A DNA stretch of 64,000 nt from Flavobacteriales bacterium (GCA_965655625.1 CBFHHA010000007.1:11844-75843); one strand, 5' to 3'. Positions 53,717 to 64,000 are shown, counted from the first letter of the stretch. Numbers and translations: made by a program. Notes: a model not told the origin generated them from the sequence alone.

Positions 53717-54445
53717 ATGAAAAAGGCAGGAACAGTTTTGAACATTGTATTACTCATTGCGGTAGCGGTATTATTTTACCTTCATTTTTCTTCAGCTAAA
53801 GTAGAGGCGGTGCCTGCAGAAGTTAGTAAGAATGATCCGGTGGTGGTGATGGAAGATTCTTTGACAAAATTTATGAGTTTGGATTCGAATATTGCTGTCA
53901 AGCCTATAAAAATTGCTTACGTAAACAACGATTCATTGAACAAAAAATTAACTATGTTAAGAGACGTAGAAAACAGAATTGCCCAAAAAGAAACAGAATT
54001 GCAAGGAAATATTGAATCGAAGAAAAAATCTTACGAAAGAAATTACAAAAGCAAGATTTCTGAATTCGAATCAAAAAAGAACCAATACACGATAAAAGCA
54101 CCAACTCTTACCGATAAGCAATTGGAGGCTGAACAAGGAAAGTTGATGGAATTACAAAATGAAATCATGCAAATGGAGCAAACTTTGCAACAAAAGATGT
54201 ATCAGTTTTCACAAGAACAAGAGCAAGAATACATGATCATGAAATCGGAAGAAATGGAAAAATATTACTTAAAAGTTCAAAGCTTCTGTCAGTCTTTTGC
54301 CAAAACTTTGGGATTTGATTTCATTCTTATTTACCAGAGTGGAGGATCCATTTTATACTCCAATCCTAATTATGACATTTCTAATTATGTGGTGGATGCC
54401 ATCAATAAAGAATATGCTCAAAACAAACCTACTTCAGTAAAATAA
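53717..54445 (+). CDS. OmpH/Skp-like periplasmic chaperone family protein
   Basis: N-terminal anchor, then a long Gln/Glu/Lys-rich coiled coil. The IAYVNNDSL start is typical of OmpH-like proteins. Confidence 0.5.
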   Translation: MKKAGTVLNIVLLIAVAVLFYLHFSSAKVEAVPAEVSKNDPVVVMEDSLTKFMSLDSNIAVKPIKIAYVNNDSLNKKLTMLRDVENRIAQKETELQGNIESKKKSYERNYKSKISEFESKKNQYTIKAPTLTDKQLEAEQGKLMELQNEIMQMEQTLQQKMYQFSQEQEQEYMIMKSEEMEKYYLKVQSFCQSFAKTLGFDFILIYQSGGSILYSNPNYDISNYVVDAINKEYAQNKPTSVK

Positions 54446-54999
54446 TGCTAATAGCGAATCAAAAAAGAAAAGAAAACATTGCCGAATATGTTATTTACAT
54501 GTTTCAGGTAGAAACGGTTATCAGAAGTTTCGACTTCAAAATTGAAGATATATTTGATCACTACATCTGCTTAATGACCTCTATTGAAGAGGCTAGAGAG
54601 GATGTGAAAAAATGGTACCTTGAGATTATTGCCGAAATGCAAGAAAAGGGGCTAAAAGAGAAAGGACACATTTCACGGGTACACGAAGTGATGGATGAAA
54701 TGAACTTTCTTCACAACACGTTACTCACTTCCTTGGAAGACACAGAATATCAAGAAGTACATGCCGAAGCTGGCGGATATATCCAAGAATTAAGAGACAA
54801 ATCGGGAACGGAGGGAATGAGTGATATTGAAATTTGTCTTACTGGACTTTACGGAAAACTTACGCTGAAAATTCAAAAAAAGGAGATTTCTGACGAAACA
54901 GAATTGGCTTTTGAATCGTTTACTAAATTGTTAGCAATTTTGGCTGTTCGATACAAGGATTTTAAATCTGGCAACCTCAAATTTCAGTTGAATAACTAA
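54445..54999 (+). CDS. DUF4924-like protein
   Basis: N-terminal KRKENIAEYVIYMFQVETVIRSF resembles the DUF4924 family as I recall it. Its start overlaps the upstream stop (ATAATG). Confidence 0.45.
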   Translation: MLIANQKRKENIAEYVIYMFQVETVIRSFDFKIEDIFDHYICLMTSIEEAREDVKKWYLEIIAEMQEKGLKEKGHISRVHEVMDEMNFLHNTLLTSLEDTEYQEVHAEAGGYIQELRDKSGTEGMSDIEICLTGLYGKLTLKIQKKEISDETELAFESFTKLLAILAVRYKDFKSGNLKFQLNN

Positions 55000-56942
55000 G
55001 AGCCAAGTCTGTTCAAATTCTTTTTGATTACCTCAATGTCTTTCCATATTGAGTAATCTTTGGCGTACACACGATTAATTCTCGAAAAACTGGTAGAGCT
55101 GAGCTCCTCGTGTTTTGGCAAGCTCATTTTTAAGGATAAAACGCCAGGTTTTATTCGTGGTAATTCACCTGAGTTTTCAGGATTATCAAAACCCACCCAA
55201 GACTTTTTCCCCTTTAGAACCTCCGTTATATTCGAAAAGTAAAATTTCTTATTCTCTTGAAAAAGAAACAGGATAGGGCTTAAAAGGAGACAGATTAGGG
55301 AGAAACTAATGTCAATTAATCGTTTGAGCCTTTTGTTTTCTGTGGATTCAATTCCAAGGACTTTTATAGTGTGTAATTCACCTGAGGTATTCAAATCTGT
55401 ACTACCCAAAACGAACATATCGTTGGTGTGAGCCAATTTGAATTGAATATCCGTTTCTTGAAACTGAATGAGAGTTTGGATTACCGAATCGTAATTCACG
55501 TTTTTTGCACAAAAAATGGCTTCGTTTATTTGGTGTTTGTTTTTAAGCGTTGCGAGTTCTGTTAATTCTCCCAAATATTCCTCATTTTGGGTAGAAACTG
55601 GAGAAATTGTTCCAACAATAGAAGAATACAACTGCGTGTGTTCTACGAGGTTTCTTACTTTATCACTTTCTTTTTGATCACCAATTATTGCAATTCTTTT
55701 TCTAAAAAAATTAATTCGATACTTTTTAATTTTAAAAAAGTGAAGAACCCAACGAACTGCCGTTAGGCCAAACATAATCAATAGAATTCCTAACAAGGCA
55801 TTCCCTATACTGAAGTAATAATTGCTTGCAACAAATACATAAACTAGGCTTGTGAGTAGAGAACCTATGACTACACCCTTTATCACTTTCTGTAGCTTTA
55901 TTGGGCGATCATAGCCACCAGAAAAGAAAACAGCTATCAGAATCAAAACAGAATATACAGCAAATGAAATATTAATGAGCTGCGGTTGATGAAACAGTCC
56001 GTGGTCGTCTTGATAAATGGTTTTTACAACATGCAACCCAAAGAAAACTGTACAAAAATCAATAACTGGAAGAAAAAACAAAGAGAAAAATCGCTTTACC
56101 AATGCCAAACTAGCACTAAAGAAAATGGCGATTTTTATCAAGCGAGAAAATAAACTAGCTTTATTCGATTCGAAATGTTTTTTAGCAAAAATGGCCATAG
56201 CCTTATAAAAAACATATACGTAGTTCACGCTACTTTTTTTCGTGCTTTCTCCTTTATAATGTATGATTGTGGTTCCCGGGAAGTAATAGTTTTTGTACCC
56301 TCCTTGGGTAATTCGATAAGATAAATCAATGTCCTCGCCATACATAAAAAAGTCCTCGTCCAACAAGCCAACTTGGTTCAAGGTTTCTTTCCGCATCACC
56401 ATAAATGCTCCAGAAAGCACATCAATTTGGTGAGTTTCGTTTTTGTCCAAATATCCCAAATGATATTTTCCGTATTTTTTTGATTTTGGGAATAGTTTCG
56501 AAAATCCAAATATTTTGTAGAAGGCCACTTCTGGTGTTGGTAAGCCTCGTTTTGATTCGGGCAAGAACTTTCCATTTCCATCAATCATTGTGACACCAAG
56601 TCCACCCGCATCCGAGTGAGAATCCATGAAATGAATCACTTTTTCGAACGAAGAAGACTGCACAAGAGTGTCAGGGTTTAGCAATACCACATAGTCTGCG
56701 TTCGTTTGTTTTATCGCTTGATTGTTGGCAGTAGAAAACCCAACATTTACTTTGTTGGCAATGAGCTTGACTTGCGGAAACGATTCGGCAACCATTTCTA
56801 CAGATCCATCTTTGGAGTCATTATCAACTACATATACGTCAATCTCCGGAAGGTTGGTAGAATTGTACACGGACTCCAAGCACTGTTTTAAAAAGTACTT
56901 GACATTGTAGTTTACTATGATTACGGCTAATTTCACACCCAA
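54996..56942 (-). CDS. Fusion protein: N-terminal GT2 glycosyltransferase, a polytopic membrane/Rossmann-like middle region, and a degenerate C-terminal bacterial sugar-transferase (polyprenyl-phosphate glycosyl-1-P transferase)-like domain
   Basis: GT2 motifs VIIVNYNVKYFLKQCLESV, VDNDSKDGS and MYGEDIDLSYR. The C-terminus has KRLIDISFSLICLLLSPILFLF and EVLKGKKSWVG, but the intervening catalytic segment seems to be missing. TTG/GTG start. Confidence 0.6.
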   Translation of the reverse strand: MGVKLAVIIVNYNVKYFLKQCLESVYNSTNLPEIDVYVVDNDSKDGSVEMVAESFPQVKLIANKVNVGFSTANNQAIKQTNADYVVLLNPDTLVQSSSFEKVIHFMDSHSDAGGLGVTMIDGNGKFLPESKRGLPTPEVAFYKIFGFSKLFPKSKKYGKYHLGYLDKNETHQIDVLSGAFMVMRKETLNQVGLLDEDFFMYGEDIDLSYRITQGGYKNYYFPGTTIIHYKGESTKKSSVNYVYVFYKAMAIFAKKHFESNKASLFSRLIKIAIFFSASLALVKRFFSLFFLPVIDFCTVFFGLHVVKTIYQDDHGLFHQPQLINISFAVYSVLILIAVFFSGGYDRPIKLQKVIKGVVIGSLLTSLVYVFVASNYYFSIGNALLGILLIMFGLTAVRWVLHFFKIKKYRINFFRKRIAIIGDQKESDKVRNLVEHTQLYSSIVGTISPVSTQNEEYLGELTELATLKNKHQINEAIFCAKNVNYDSVIQTLIQFQETDIQFKLAHTNDMFVLGSTDLNTSGELHTIKVLGIESTENKRLKRLIDISFSLICLLLSPILFLFQENKKFYFSNITEVLKGKKSWVGFDNPENSGELPRIKPGVLSLKMSLPKHEELSSTSFSRINRVYAKDYSIWKDIEVIKKNLNRLGS

Positions 56943-57157
56943 ATGTAACCGAATACTTTTTTATTACGAAAAAAACCAAGACCTAAAATCATATTAAAAC
57001 AGAGAGAAATGAATGGGTTAATTCCTTTTTTAATGAAAAAATCAGAATTGGGTGTTCTAAAAACAGGGGGTGTTAATAAAATTTAACCTTAATTTTACTT
57101 CAGACCCCCTAAAATGATTTACATTTGTGTATTATTTTATAAAAAAACAAATTCGCC

Positions 57158-59344
57158 ATGGCTCAAACAAGGTTTAGTGCTCTTGAAACTATAAATAGTA
57201 GAAAGGCAAAAGAAATGAAAATTACTCCTCAAAAAATTTCTGAAATTTTTGCAAAAGATGTTTTTACTGACGAGAAGATGAGGAATCACGTATCGGGAGA
57301 AGTGTTTAAAAGTGTTCAAAAATCAATTAATGATGGAACAAGAATAGATAGAGAAGTAGCAAACCAAGTAGCCAATGCAATGAAAGAATGGGCTGTTCAG
57401 CGAGGTGTGACGCACTACACTCACTGGTTTCAACCATTAACAGGTTCTACAGCAGAAAAGCACGATGCGTTTTTTGAAACATCTGAGAACGGAGCAATCG
57501 AAAAATTTAAAGGAGAGTTGTTGGTTCAGCAAGAGCCAGATGCTTCTAGTTTTCCTAATGGCGGAATAAGAAATACTTTTGAAGCGAGAGGTTACACAGC
57601 TTGGGACCCATCATCACCGGCATTTATTATGGGAACCACTTTGTGTATTCCTACGATATTTATTGCCTACACCGGAGAAGCGTTGGATAATAAGATGCCT
57701 TTGTTAAAAGCATTAAATAAAGTAGACGAGGCTGCTACTGCTGTTTGTCAATATTTTGATAAAAACATCAATAGAGTTCAGGCAACACTAGGATGGGAGC
57801 AGGAATACTTCTTAATAGATTCTGCTTTGTACAACGCACGACCAGATATTATGATGACAGGTAGAGCATTGTTTGGTCACAAACCAGCCAAAGGTCAGCA
57901 ATTGGACGATCATTATTTTGGAACAATTTCGGATAGAGTTACTGCTTTTATGAGAGATTTTGAAAAGCAATCTCTTAGACTGGGAATTCCGGTAAAAACG
58001 AGACACAATGAAGTGGCTCCAAATCAATTTGAATGTGCGCCTATTTTTGAAGAAACTAATTTGGCAGTGGATCACAACCTCTTGTTAATGGATGTAATGG
58101 ACAAGGTAGCAGACGAACATAATTTTAAAGTATTGCTTCACGAAAAACCATTTGCAGGTTTAAATGGATCGGGGAAACACAATAATTGGTCTTTGTCTAC
58201 AAATACGGGAGTTAACTTATTGCAACCAGGAAAAAACCCGAAAGAAAACATTCGTTTTTTAACTTTCTTTGTCAATACAATTAAAGCTATTCACGATTAT
58301 TCAGATATTTTAAGATCAAGTATTGCAACAGCCAGTAATGACCATCGATTGGGAGGACACGAAGCTCCACCGGCAATCATTTCGGTTTTTATTGGGCAGC
58401 AATTGACAAAAATGTTGGATGATTTAGAGAAAAATGTCAAATCTGGAACAATGACTCCAGATGAAAAAACAGCGTTGAAATTAAATATTGGAAAGATACC
58501 TGAGTTGATGTTGGATAATACAGATCGTAACAGAACTTCTCCATTTGCATTTACCGGAAATAAATTTGAGTTCAGAGCGGTAGGTTCTACAGCGAATTGC
58601 TCCACTCCAATGATTGCACTAAACACAATAATTGCCAAGCAATTGCAAGATTTCAAAAAATCTACCGATGCTCGAATTAAGAAAGGAGAGAAAAAAGATA
58701 TGGCGATTCTCAAAGAGATTCAGAAACTAATCAAAGAATCTAAAATTATTCGTTTTGAAGGAAATGGTTACGGAGATGAATGGGTGAAAGAAGCTGAAAA
58801 ACGAGGGCTGTCTAATTTGAAAGACACACCGAGAGCGGTACAAAAAGTGTCGGAAAAGAAATACGTTGACTTATTCTCAGAAATGGGAATATTTACTGAG
58901 GTAGAGTACCATGCAAGACAAGAAATTCAATTGGAGATGTACCAGTTACAAATTCAAATTGAAGGAAGAATGCTGGGAGATTTGGCTCAAAACCACATCA
59001 TACCGGCTGCTGTTAAATATCAAAACTTATTGCTCGAAAACGTAACAGGAATGAAATCTATTTATAGTGAAAAAGAGTTCAAAAATAACTGTTACACTCA
59101 GCTAAGTATCCTGAGTGAATTATCTACTCATCTTACAGCACTAAAAAAGAATTTGGAAACGATGCTTAACATGAGAAAAAAGGCAAACAAAATAGAGGAT
59201 CCATTTAAGAAAGCGGTGGCGTATTGCGATACCGTAAAAGTGCATTTTGACACAATTGCCTACCACGTCAATAAGCTGGAAATATTGATAGATGATTCTA
59301 TGTGGCCAATGCCAAAATTAAGAGAATTATTGTTTACAAAATAA
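57158..59344 (+). CDS. glnN: Glutamine synthetase type III
   Basis: 728 aa, the characteristic GSIII length, with GSIII-like sequence (NEVAPNQFECAPIFE, GLNGSGKHNNWS). Confidence 0.92.
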   Translation: MAQTRFSALETINSRKAKEMKITPQKISEIFAKDVFTDEKMRNHVSGEVFKSVQKSINDGTRIDREVANQVANAMKEWAVQRGVTHYTHWFQPLTGSTAEKHDAFFETSENGAIEKFKGELLVQQEPDASSFPNGGIRNTFEARGYTAWDPSSPAFIMGTTLCIPTIFIAYTGEALDNKMPLLKALNKVDEAATAVCQYFDKNINRVQATLGWEQEYFLIDSALYNARPDIMMTGRALFGHKPAKGQQLDDHYFGTISDRVTAFMRDFEKQSLRLGIPVKTRHNEVAPNQFECAPIFEETNLAVDHNLLLMDVMDKVADEHNFKVLLHEKPFAGLNGSGKHNNWSLSTNTGVNLLQPGKNPKENIRFLTFFVNTIKAIHDYSDILRSSIATASNDHRLGGHEAPPAIISVFIGQQLTKMLDDLEKNVKSGTMTPDEKTALKLNIGKIPELMLDNTDRNRTSPFAFTGNKFEFRAVGSTANCSTPMIALNTIIAKQLQDFKKSTDARIKKGEKKDMAILKEIQKLIKESKIIRFEGNGYGDEWVKEAEKRGLSNLKDTPRAVQKVSEKKYVDLFSEMGIFTEVEYHARQEIQLEMYQLQIQIEGRMLGDLAQNHIIPAAVKYQNLLLENVTGMKSIYSEKEFKNNCYTQLSILSELSTHLTALKKNLETMLNMRKKANKIEDPFKKAVAYCDTVKVHFDTIAYHVNKLEILIDDSMWPMPKLRELLFTK

Positions 59345-59366
59345 GAGGAAATCTTAACAAAATGGT

Positions 59367-59401
59367 AAGGAGGTACTTGAAGCAAGTTACCTCCTTTTTT
59401 T
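59367..59401 (+). terminator. Rho-independent terminator of glnN
   Basis: 9-bp stem aaggaggta/tacctcctt followed by a T-run to 59401. Confidence 0.75.
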
Positions 59402-59440
59402 ATACATTTACTGTTCTATCAAAACATCGAAATTTCTTAC

Positions 59441-61840
59441 ATGCACAATTTCTTACCTCTTACCTTTTTTTTATTTTTATCCAGTTTTGGGCTAACTCAA
59501 AATACCACAATTAGTGGAATTTTAAAAGACTCTCAATCAGGAGAAACTCTTATTGGTGCAACTATTTTTGTAAATGAATTAAAGCTTGGAGCGTCAACAA
59601 ATGTGTACGGTTTTTATTCGCTTACAATTCCTTCAGGTTCGTATACCATTACTTTTTCATACATTGGTTACAGAGACGTTACTCAGAAGATAGAACTGAA
59701 CGAAAGCACCAAAATCAATCAAGAATTAACAAGCTCTGATGTGGTGATAAATGAATTCAAAGTAGAAGCCGAACGAGGAGACGAGAACACGAAAAGCACA
59801 CAAATGGGTACGGTAGAGTTGGATGTGGAACAGATAAAAAATTTACCCGCATTCATGGGAGAGGTAGATGTGCTCAAAACGATTCAATTACTGCCAGGGG
59901 TTCAGTCCTCGGGCGAGGGAAACACAGGGTTTTATGTGAGGGGTGGAGGTCCAGACCAGAATTTAATCATGCTCGATGAAGCAGTGGTGTACAACGCGGC
60001 ACATTTATTTGGTTTCTTTTCGGTTTTTAATGCTGATGCTATCAAGAACGTGAATTTGATAAAAGGAGGAATGCCCGCTAATTATGGCGGAAGACTTTCT
60101 TCAGTGCTCGATATTTCGATGAAAGAGGGAAACGACAGAAGTTTTCATGGAGCAGGAGGTATTGGACTTATTGCTTCCAGATTAACTTTAGAAGGACCCA
60201 TTCAAAAGAACAAGAGTTCGTTTATTGTATCTGGAAGAAGAACTTACATTTCTGAGTTGGCTCAGCCTTTTATCAAAGAGGATGCACCCATCAAGGGATC
60301 TGGATACTATTTTTATGATTTGAATGCTAAATTGAATTATCAAATTTCGGAGAAAGACAAGCTTTTTTTGAGCGGATATTTTGGTAAAGACGTATTTACC
60401 TATGCTCAAGCCGAATCAGGATTTACCATTAATATTCCTTGGGGAAATGCCACGGCAGCATTAAGGTGGAACCATATATTTTCGGACAAACTTTTTTTGA
60501 ATACAACCGCCATTTATAGTTCTTATGACTTTACATTTGAAGGTAGGCAAGAGGACTTTAGCTTTGGTCTATATTCCGGAATAAGAGATTGGAACATAAA
60601 AGCAGATTTTAGTTATTACCCCAATCCTAAGAACACGATCAAATTTGGTGCGAATTACACCTACCATACTTTTATTCCTAATAATGTTACCGCCACACAA
60701 GGCAATACTGAATTTGACCTAGGCGGAGCGGTAAGACTATACGCCAACGAGGGTGCAATTTATTTCTTGGATGACATTGAATTGTCTCCTTTGTTAAAAT
60801 TAAATGCCGGAATCAGGTTATCTAGTTTTCAACACATTGGTCCTTTCAAGAGGTATGTAAAAGACAACGAGGGAAATGTGCTGGAAGAAATAGACTACGA
60901 ACAATTTCAATCTTTGAAAACATTTGTAAGACCAGAACCAAGGCTAACTGGTAGGTACACACTCAATGAATCCAGCTCTATGAAATTTGGCGCCACTCTC
61001 AATTATCAATACATGCACTTAGTATCAGTTGGAGGAAATTCATTGCCCACAGATCTCTGGATTCCCTCTACTGATATTGTAAAACCACAGCAGGCCTCGC
61101 AAGTTAATCTAGGTTATTTTAAAAACTTTAAAAAAAACACTTACGAAGCTTCAGTAGAATTGTACTACAAGGATTTACGCAATTTGGTTGAGTTTAAAGA
61201 CGGTGCAGACCCAAGTGACGGGGTAAATGACAACATTGATAACCAACTAACCTTTGGGCAAGGATACTCCTACGGAGCTGAGCTGTTTGTCAAGAAATCG
61301 ATTGGGATATTCACTGGGTGGATAGGGTACACTTGGTCCAGAACAATGAGGCAGTTTGATGAATTGAATCAAGGAAAAGAGTATCCGGCAAAATTTGATA
61401 GAAGACACGACTTATCTGTAACCGCTAGTTACAAGTTGAGCGAAAGATGGACTTTTGGGGCTATTTTTGTGTATGCAACGGGTAATGCTATTACCTTGCC
61501 AGCTTCCAAGTATTTTATCGAAGGGGAACTGTTGGTCGATTATGCTGACAGAAACAGCTACCGAATGGCGCCTTATCACAGAGCAGATATTTCGGCTACC
61601 TACGAGGGAAAAAAACAAAAAGAATACAAGGACATAGAAACTGGGGAAATAAGAATGGTGAAAAAGAAGTTTACTTCAAGCTGGAATTTTTCGGTATTCA
61701 ATCTTTACAACCGAAGAAACCCTTATTTTATTTATTTTGATAGTTCGGGAGGTTTTGCTCAAGGAACATTAGATGTTTCTGCCATTCAGGTTTCATTGTT
61801 TCCTATTTTACCCTCAGTAACTTGGAACTTTAGTTTTTAA
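59441..61840 (+). CDS. TonB-dependent receptor with an N-terminal carboxypeptidase-regulatory-like domain
   Basis: Signal peptide, CarbopepD_reg-like ISGILKDSQSGETLIGATIFV, plug-region motifs (LPGVQSSGEG, FYVRGGGPDQN) and a C-terminal barrel ending ...WNFSF. Confidence 0.85.
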   Translation: MHNFLPLTFFLFLSSFGLTQNTTISGILKDSQSGETLIGATIFVNELKLGASTNVYGFYSLTIPSGSYTITFSYIGYRDVTQKIELNESTKINQELTSSDVVINEFKVEAERGDENTKSTQMGTVELDVEQIKNLPAFMGEVDVLKTIQLLPGVQSSGEGNTGFYVRGGGPDQNLIMLDEAVVYNAAHLFGFFSVFNADAIKNVNLIKGGMPANYGGRLSSVLDISMKEGNDRSFHGAGGIGLIASRLTLEGPIQKNKSSFIVSGRRTYISELAQPFIKEDAPIKGSGYYFYDLNAKLNYQISEKDKLFLSGYFGKDVFTYAQAESGFTINIPWGNATAALRWNHIFSDKLFLNTTAIYSSYDFTFEGRQEDFSFGLYSGIRDWNIKADFSYYPNPKNTIKFGANYTYHTFIPNNVTATQGNTEFDLGGAVRLYANEGAIYFLDDIELSPLLKLNAGIRLSSFQHIGPFKRYVKDNEGNVLEEIDYEQFQSLKTFVRPEPRLTGRYTLNESSSMKFGATLNYQYMHLVSVGGNSLPTDLWIPSTDIVKPQQASQVNLGYFKNFKKNTYEASVELYYKDLRNLVEFKDGADPSDGVNDNIDNQLTFGQGYSYGAELFVKKSIGIFTGWIGYTWSRTMRQFDELNQGKEYPAKFDRRHDLSVTASYKLSERWTFGAIFVYATGNAITLPASKYFIEGELLVDYADRNSYRMAPYHRADISATYEGKKQKEYKDIETGEIRMVKKKFTSSWNFSVFNLYNRRNPYFIYFDSSGGFAQGTLDVSAIQVSLFPILPSVTWNFSF

Positions 61841-61853
61841 AAAAATAATAGCT

Positions 61854-62816
61854 ATGAACAACATTGTGCGGATTTTGGTTGTCTTTTCTCTTTTGCTTCT
61901 TATGAGCTCTTGTGAAAAAGAAATCGATGTAGATTTACCTCGCCCAGAGGAAAAATTAATTGTGGAAGGAATTATCGAAACGGATCAGTTTCCATACGTA
62001 GTGTTAAGTAAATCTACAGGGTATTTTGATCCAACTGATGTCCAATCGGTGGCCAATAGTTATGTTTCAGATGCTGTCATATCTATTTCAGATGGAACAG
62101 TAACCAATCAAATGAGTAAGATTTGTTCAAGTTCGCTTTCTGCAGCTCAACAAAAAGAATTGAGTGATTTACTTGGGATTCCGGTAGCACTTTTGAGTAG
62201 TTACGATATTTGTGGCTTTGTAGATCTTTCGATGGTGGGTGAAGTAGGTAAGTCTTACACTATTTCCATAGATTGGAAAGGTAATAATTACCAAGGAACA
62301 ACTCAGCTAGTTGAGCCAGTTTCGCTCGATTCTTCTTGGTTCGAAGTATTTGGAGACAGAGACTCTCTCGGGTTTTTATATGCCGAGATGAGCGAGCCAG
62401 CAGCGGAAAAGAACTTTTATAGATGGTTTGCTCAAAGAATAAACTCCTATCAATACGGAAGCCTAAAAGGGCAACAAAAAGATGAAAGCTTTTTACTTCC
62501 TTCGAGCTCTGTTTTTGATGATGAATTTGTAAATGGAACCACCTTTGAGTTTGGCTACGGAAGACCTGTTGCCTCCGATAAATTTGACGATCAAGTCCCC
62601 GAACGTGGATTTTACAAAGTAGGTGATACTGTTGTGGTAAAGTTCTGCTCGATCGACAAAGGAGTTTTTTCTTTTATCAGTACGGCCGAGGAACAAATTT
62701 TATCTACCGGGAGTCCTTTTGCCACTCCTGTGAATGTTCCCTCCAATATTTCGAATGGAGCATTGGGTTTATGGGCGGGGTACAGCCCCTATTTTGACAC
62801 AATTATTTGCCTTTAA
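61854..62816 (+). CDS. DUF4249-like lipoprotein, the usual partner of this TonB-dependent receptor subtype
   Basis: Lipobox LLMSSCEK followed by IDVDLPRPEEKLIVEGII, the typical family start. Starts 13 nt after the receptor gene. Confidence 0.6.
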   Translation: MNNIVRILVVFSLLLLMSSCEKEIDVDLPRPEEKLIVEGIIETDQFPYVVLSKSTGYFDPTDVQSVANSYVSDAVISISDGTVTNQMSKICSSSLSAAQQKELSDLLGIPVALLSSYDICGFVDLSMVGEVGKSYTISIDWKGNNYQGTTQLVEPVSLDSSWFEVFGDRDSLGFLYAEMSEPAAEKNFYRWFAQRINSYQYGSLKGQQKDESFLLPSSSVFDDEFVNGTTFEFGYGRPVASDKFDDQVPERGFYKVGDTVVVKFCSIDKGVFSFISTAEEQILSTGSPFATPVNVPSNISNGALGLWAGYSPYFDTIICL

Positions 62817-62861
62817 TAGGAAGTGAGTGACCGGGTGAATAAAATTTTATTTTGAAAAAGT

Positions 62862-64000
62862 TTAATCGCGAATATTTTTTGTTGAATTGGAATCTGGAAA
62901 CTTTTGTTGGAATTCACGGTAACGTTTTCGAGCTTCTACCACAAATAAACTACCTGGATAATTGAATAAAAGTTTTTCATAGGATTCCATCGCTTGTTGA
63001 GGTTTATTCAGTTGATTTTCTTGCAATTCGGCCAGTTTGAATAAGGCATTATCACCCAGAATACCATCGCTGTAAGTTGTGATAATCGTTCGTAAGCGCT
63101 TTTCCGCCAATTCAAACTCTTGCTTTTTGAAAGCAATTTCATATTTCTTATATTCAATTTCATCGGCCAAGCTATGCGCAGGGTTTCTTTCAAGAATGGA
63201 ATCGAAAACAGTGATTGCTTGTTTAAATTGGTTTTGAAAAATAAGTAAATCTCCATGAGCAAACTGTTTCATGTTTACTGGAGTCGTATCCATGTTGTAG
63301 TTATCAGTAATCAAAAGAGACAAGTCAATAGCATCATTAGATATTAATTTGGAAGTGGAAGCTTTCAATCCATCTAATTGATTCTGAGACCATTCAAAAT
63401 CTCCTGTGTAATAATAAAGTTTGGCATTTTTGAATTTTGCCTTTGAACCAATAATATCGTGTTTGAATTTTTTTTCAACCTGCATGTACAACAAAGAAGC
63501 GTCCCATATTTCATTCTTAAGCATATAAATATCGGCCAATTCAATTTTTACTTCTGCTTGTTCTACAGGAGAAATACCTGGAAAAGAAAGTAATTGTTTG
63601 TAAAGAATTTCGGCAGTGTCGATGTTGTGAATATAGAAACCCTCGAGATAGGCAAGTCCCTTTATCATCGGAAATTTATCTGCCAAATCATTGGTGGTGT
63701 TTAGAGTGGCAATGTATCTATTTTTTAATTTAAAAAGGTCTTCATTTTTATACGATGCATTCGCAAAAATTTTGCTTTGTAATGTTTGCAGAATAGCTTG
63801 TTTTGAGGCGATGTGAGCAAATTCAGAAGGGGCATATTTTTCTATACAATACTCATAGGCAGAAATGGCTAATTCATATTTTTTGTTTGAGTTACAAAGC
63901 TGCCCAAATTCATAAATTTTTTCACCTTTTTTTTTGGTTCTTTTGTCCAATGCTTTTACATGAATAAATGCAGTTTCAAAATCATTAGATTGTTGAAATA
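62862..64000 (-). CDS. TPR-repeat protein, N-terminus beyond the window edge
   Basis: The frame stays open upstream of the track's TTG 63950 through base 64000 (…FQQSNDFETAFIHVKALDKRT…). Repeated TPR-like A/Y/L patterns. Confidence 0.6.
   Translation of the reverse strand, partial: FQQSNDFETAFIHVKALDKRTKKKGEKIYEFGQLCNSNKKYELAISAYEYCIEKYAPSEFAHIASKQAILQTLQSKIFANASYKNEDLFKLKNRYIATLNTTNDLADKFPMIKGLAYLEGFYIHNIDTAEILYKQLLSFPGISPVEQAEVKIELADIYMLKNEIWDASLLYMQVEKKFKHDIIGSKAKFKNAKLYYYTGDFEWSQNQLDGLKASTSKLISNDAIDLSLLITDNYNMDTTPVNMKQFAHGDLLIFQNQFKQAITVFDSILERNPAHSLADEIEYKKYEIAFKKQEFELAEKRLRTIITTYSDGILGDNALFKLAELQENQLNKPQQAMESYEKLLFNYPGSLFVVEARKRYREFQQKFPDSNSTKNIRD

Noticed and set aside
57065-57110. 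7-bp inverted repeat agggggt/accccct upstream of glnN, as a regulatory hairpin
   Set aside because: The stem is short and the loop is 32 nt, so it would be thermodynamically weak. I cannot assess conservation. A TACATTTG -7-like box at 57120-57127 lacks a matching -33 TTG, so no promoter call was made either.
1-64000. CRISPR arrays, tandem-repeat arrays, IS elements, prophage or known defence genes
   Set aside because: Reading both strands, I found no regularly spaced direct repeats and no transposase, integrase, phage or nuclease/ATPase defence-type ORFs. Composition appears uniform along the window.

Overview
The window is AT-rich chromosomal DNA that looks like Bacteroidota, probably Flavobacteriia-type. 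Supporting signs are two proteins with T9SS C-terminal sorting tails, a TonB-dependent receptor plus DUF4249 pair, type III glutamine synthetase, long-form urocanase, bshA, TAnnTTTG -7 promoter boxes and no obvious Shine-Dalgarno sites. I call about 57 protein genes, tightly packed and mostly housekeeping: alaS, hutU, carB, kdsA, folP, aroK, proC, feoAB, serC, gltA, coaD, glnN, msrA and msrB. There is also one tRNA-His, and rpmH (52 aa), which is too short for the supplied ORF track. I saw no CRISPR array, transposase, integrase, phage genes or recognisable defence system, so the window reads as core genome, not an accessory island. Five items deserve a second look. (1) At 1464-4925 there is a four-gene MbnP/MbnH-like module, putatively for copper handling, with unusual partner genes. 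Two of those genes have their ATG starts put out of frame by T8 tracts, and one is also split internally. (2) A 105-nt element at 30425-30529 is built entirely of perfect nested inverted repeats (four-way junction, 40 bp paired, no mismatch). It fills the spacer between the arabinose-5-phosphate isomerase gene and kdsA. (3) One gene appears to fuse ribosomal protein THX to a Rho_N/SAP-like domain. (4) The tRNA-His has two adjacent U-U mismatches in its acceptor stem. (5) A 642-bp divergent intergenic region is rich in hairpins and short repeats. All product calls rest on motif and family recognition by eye; no searches were run.
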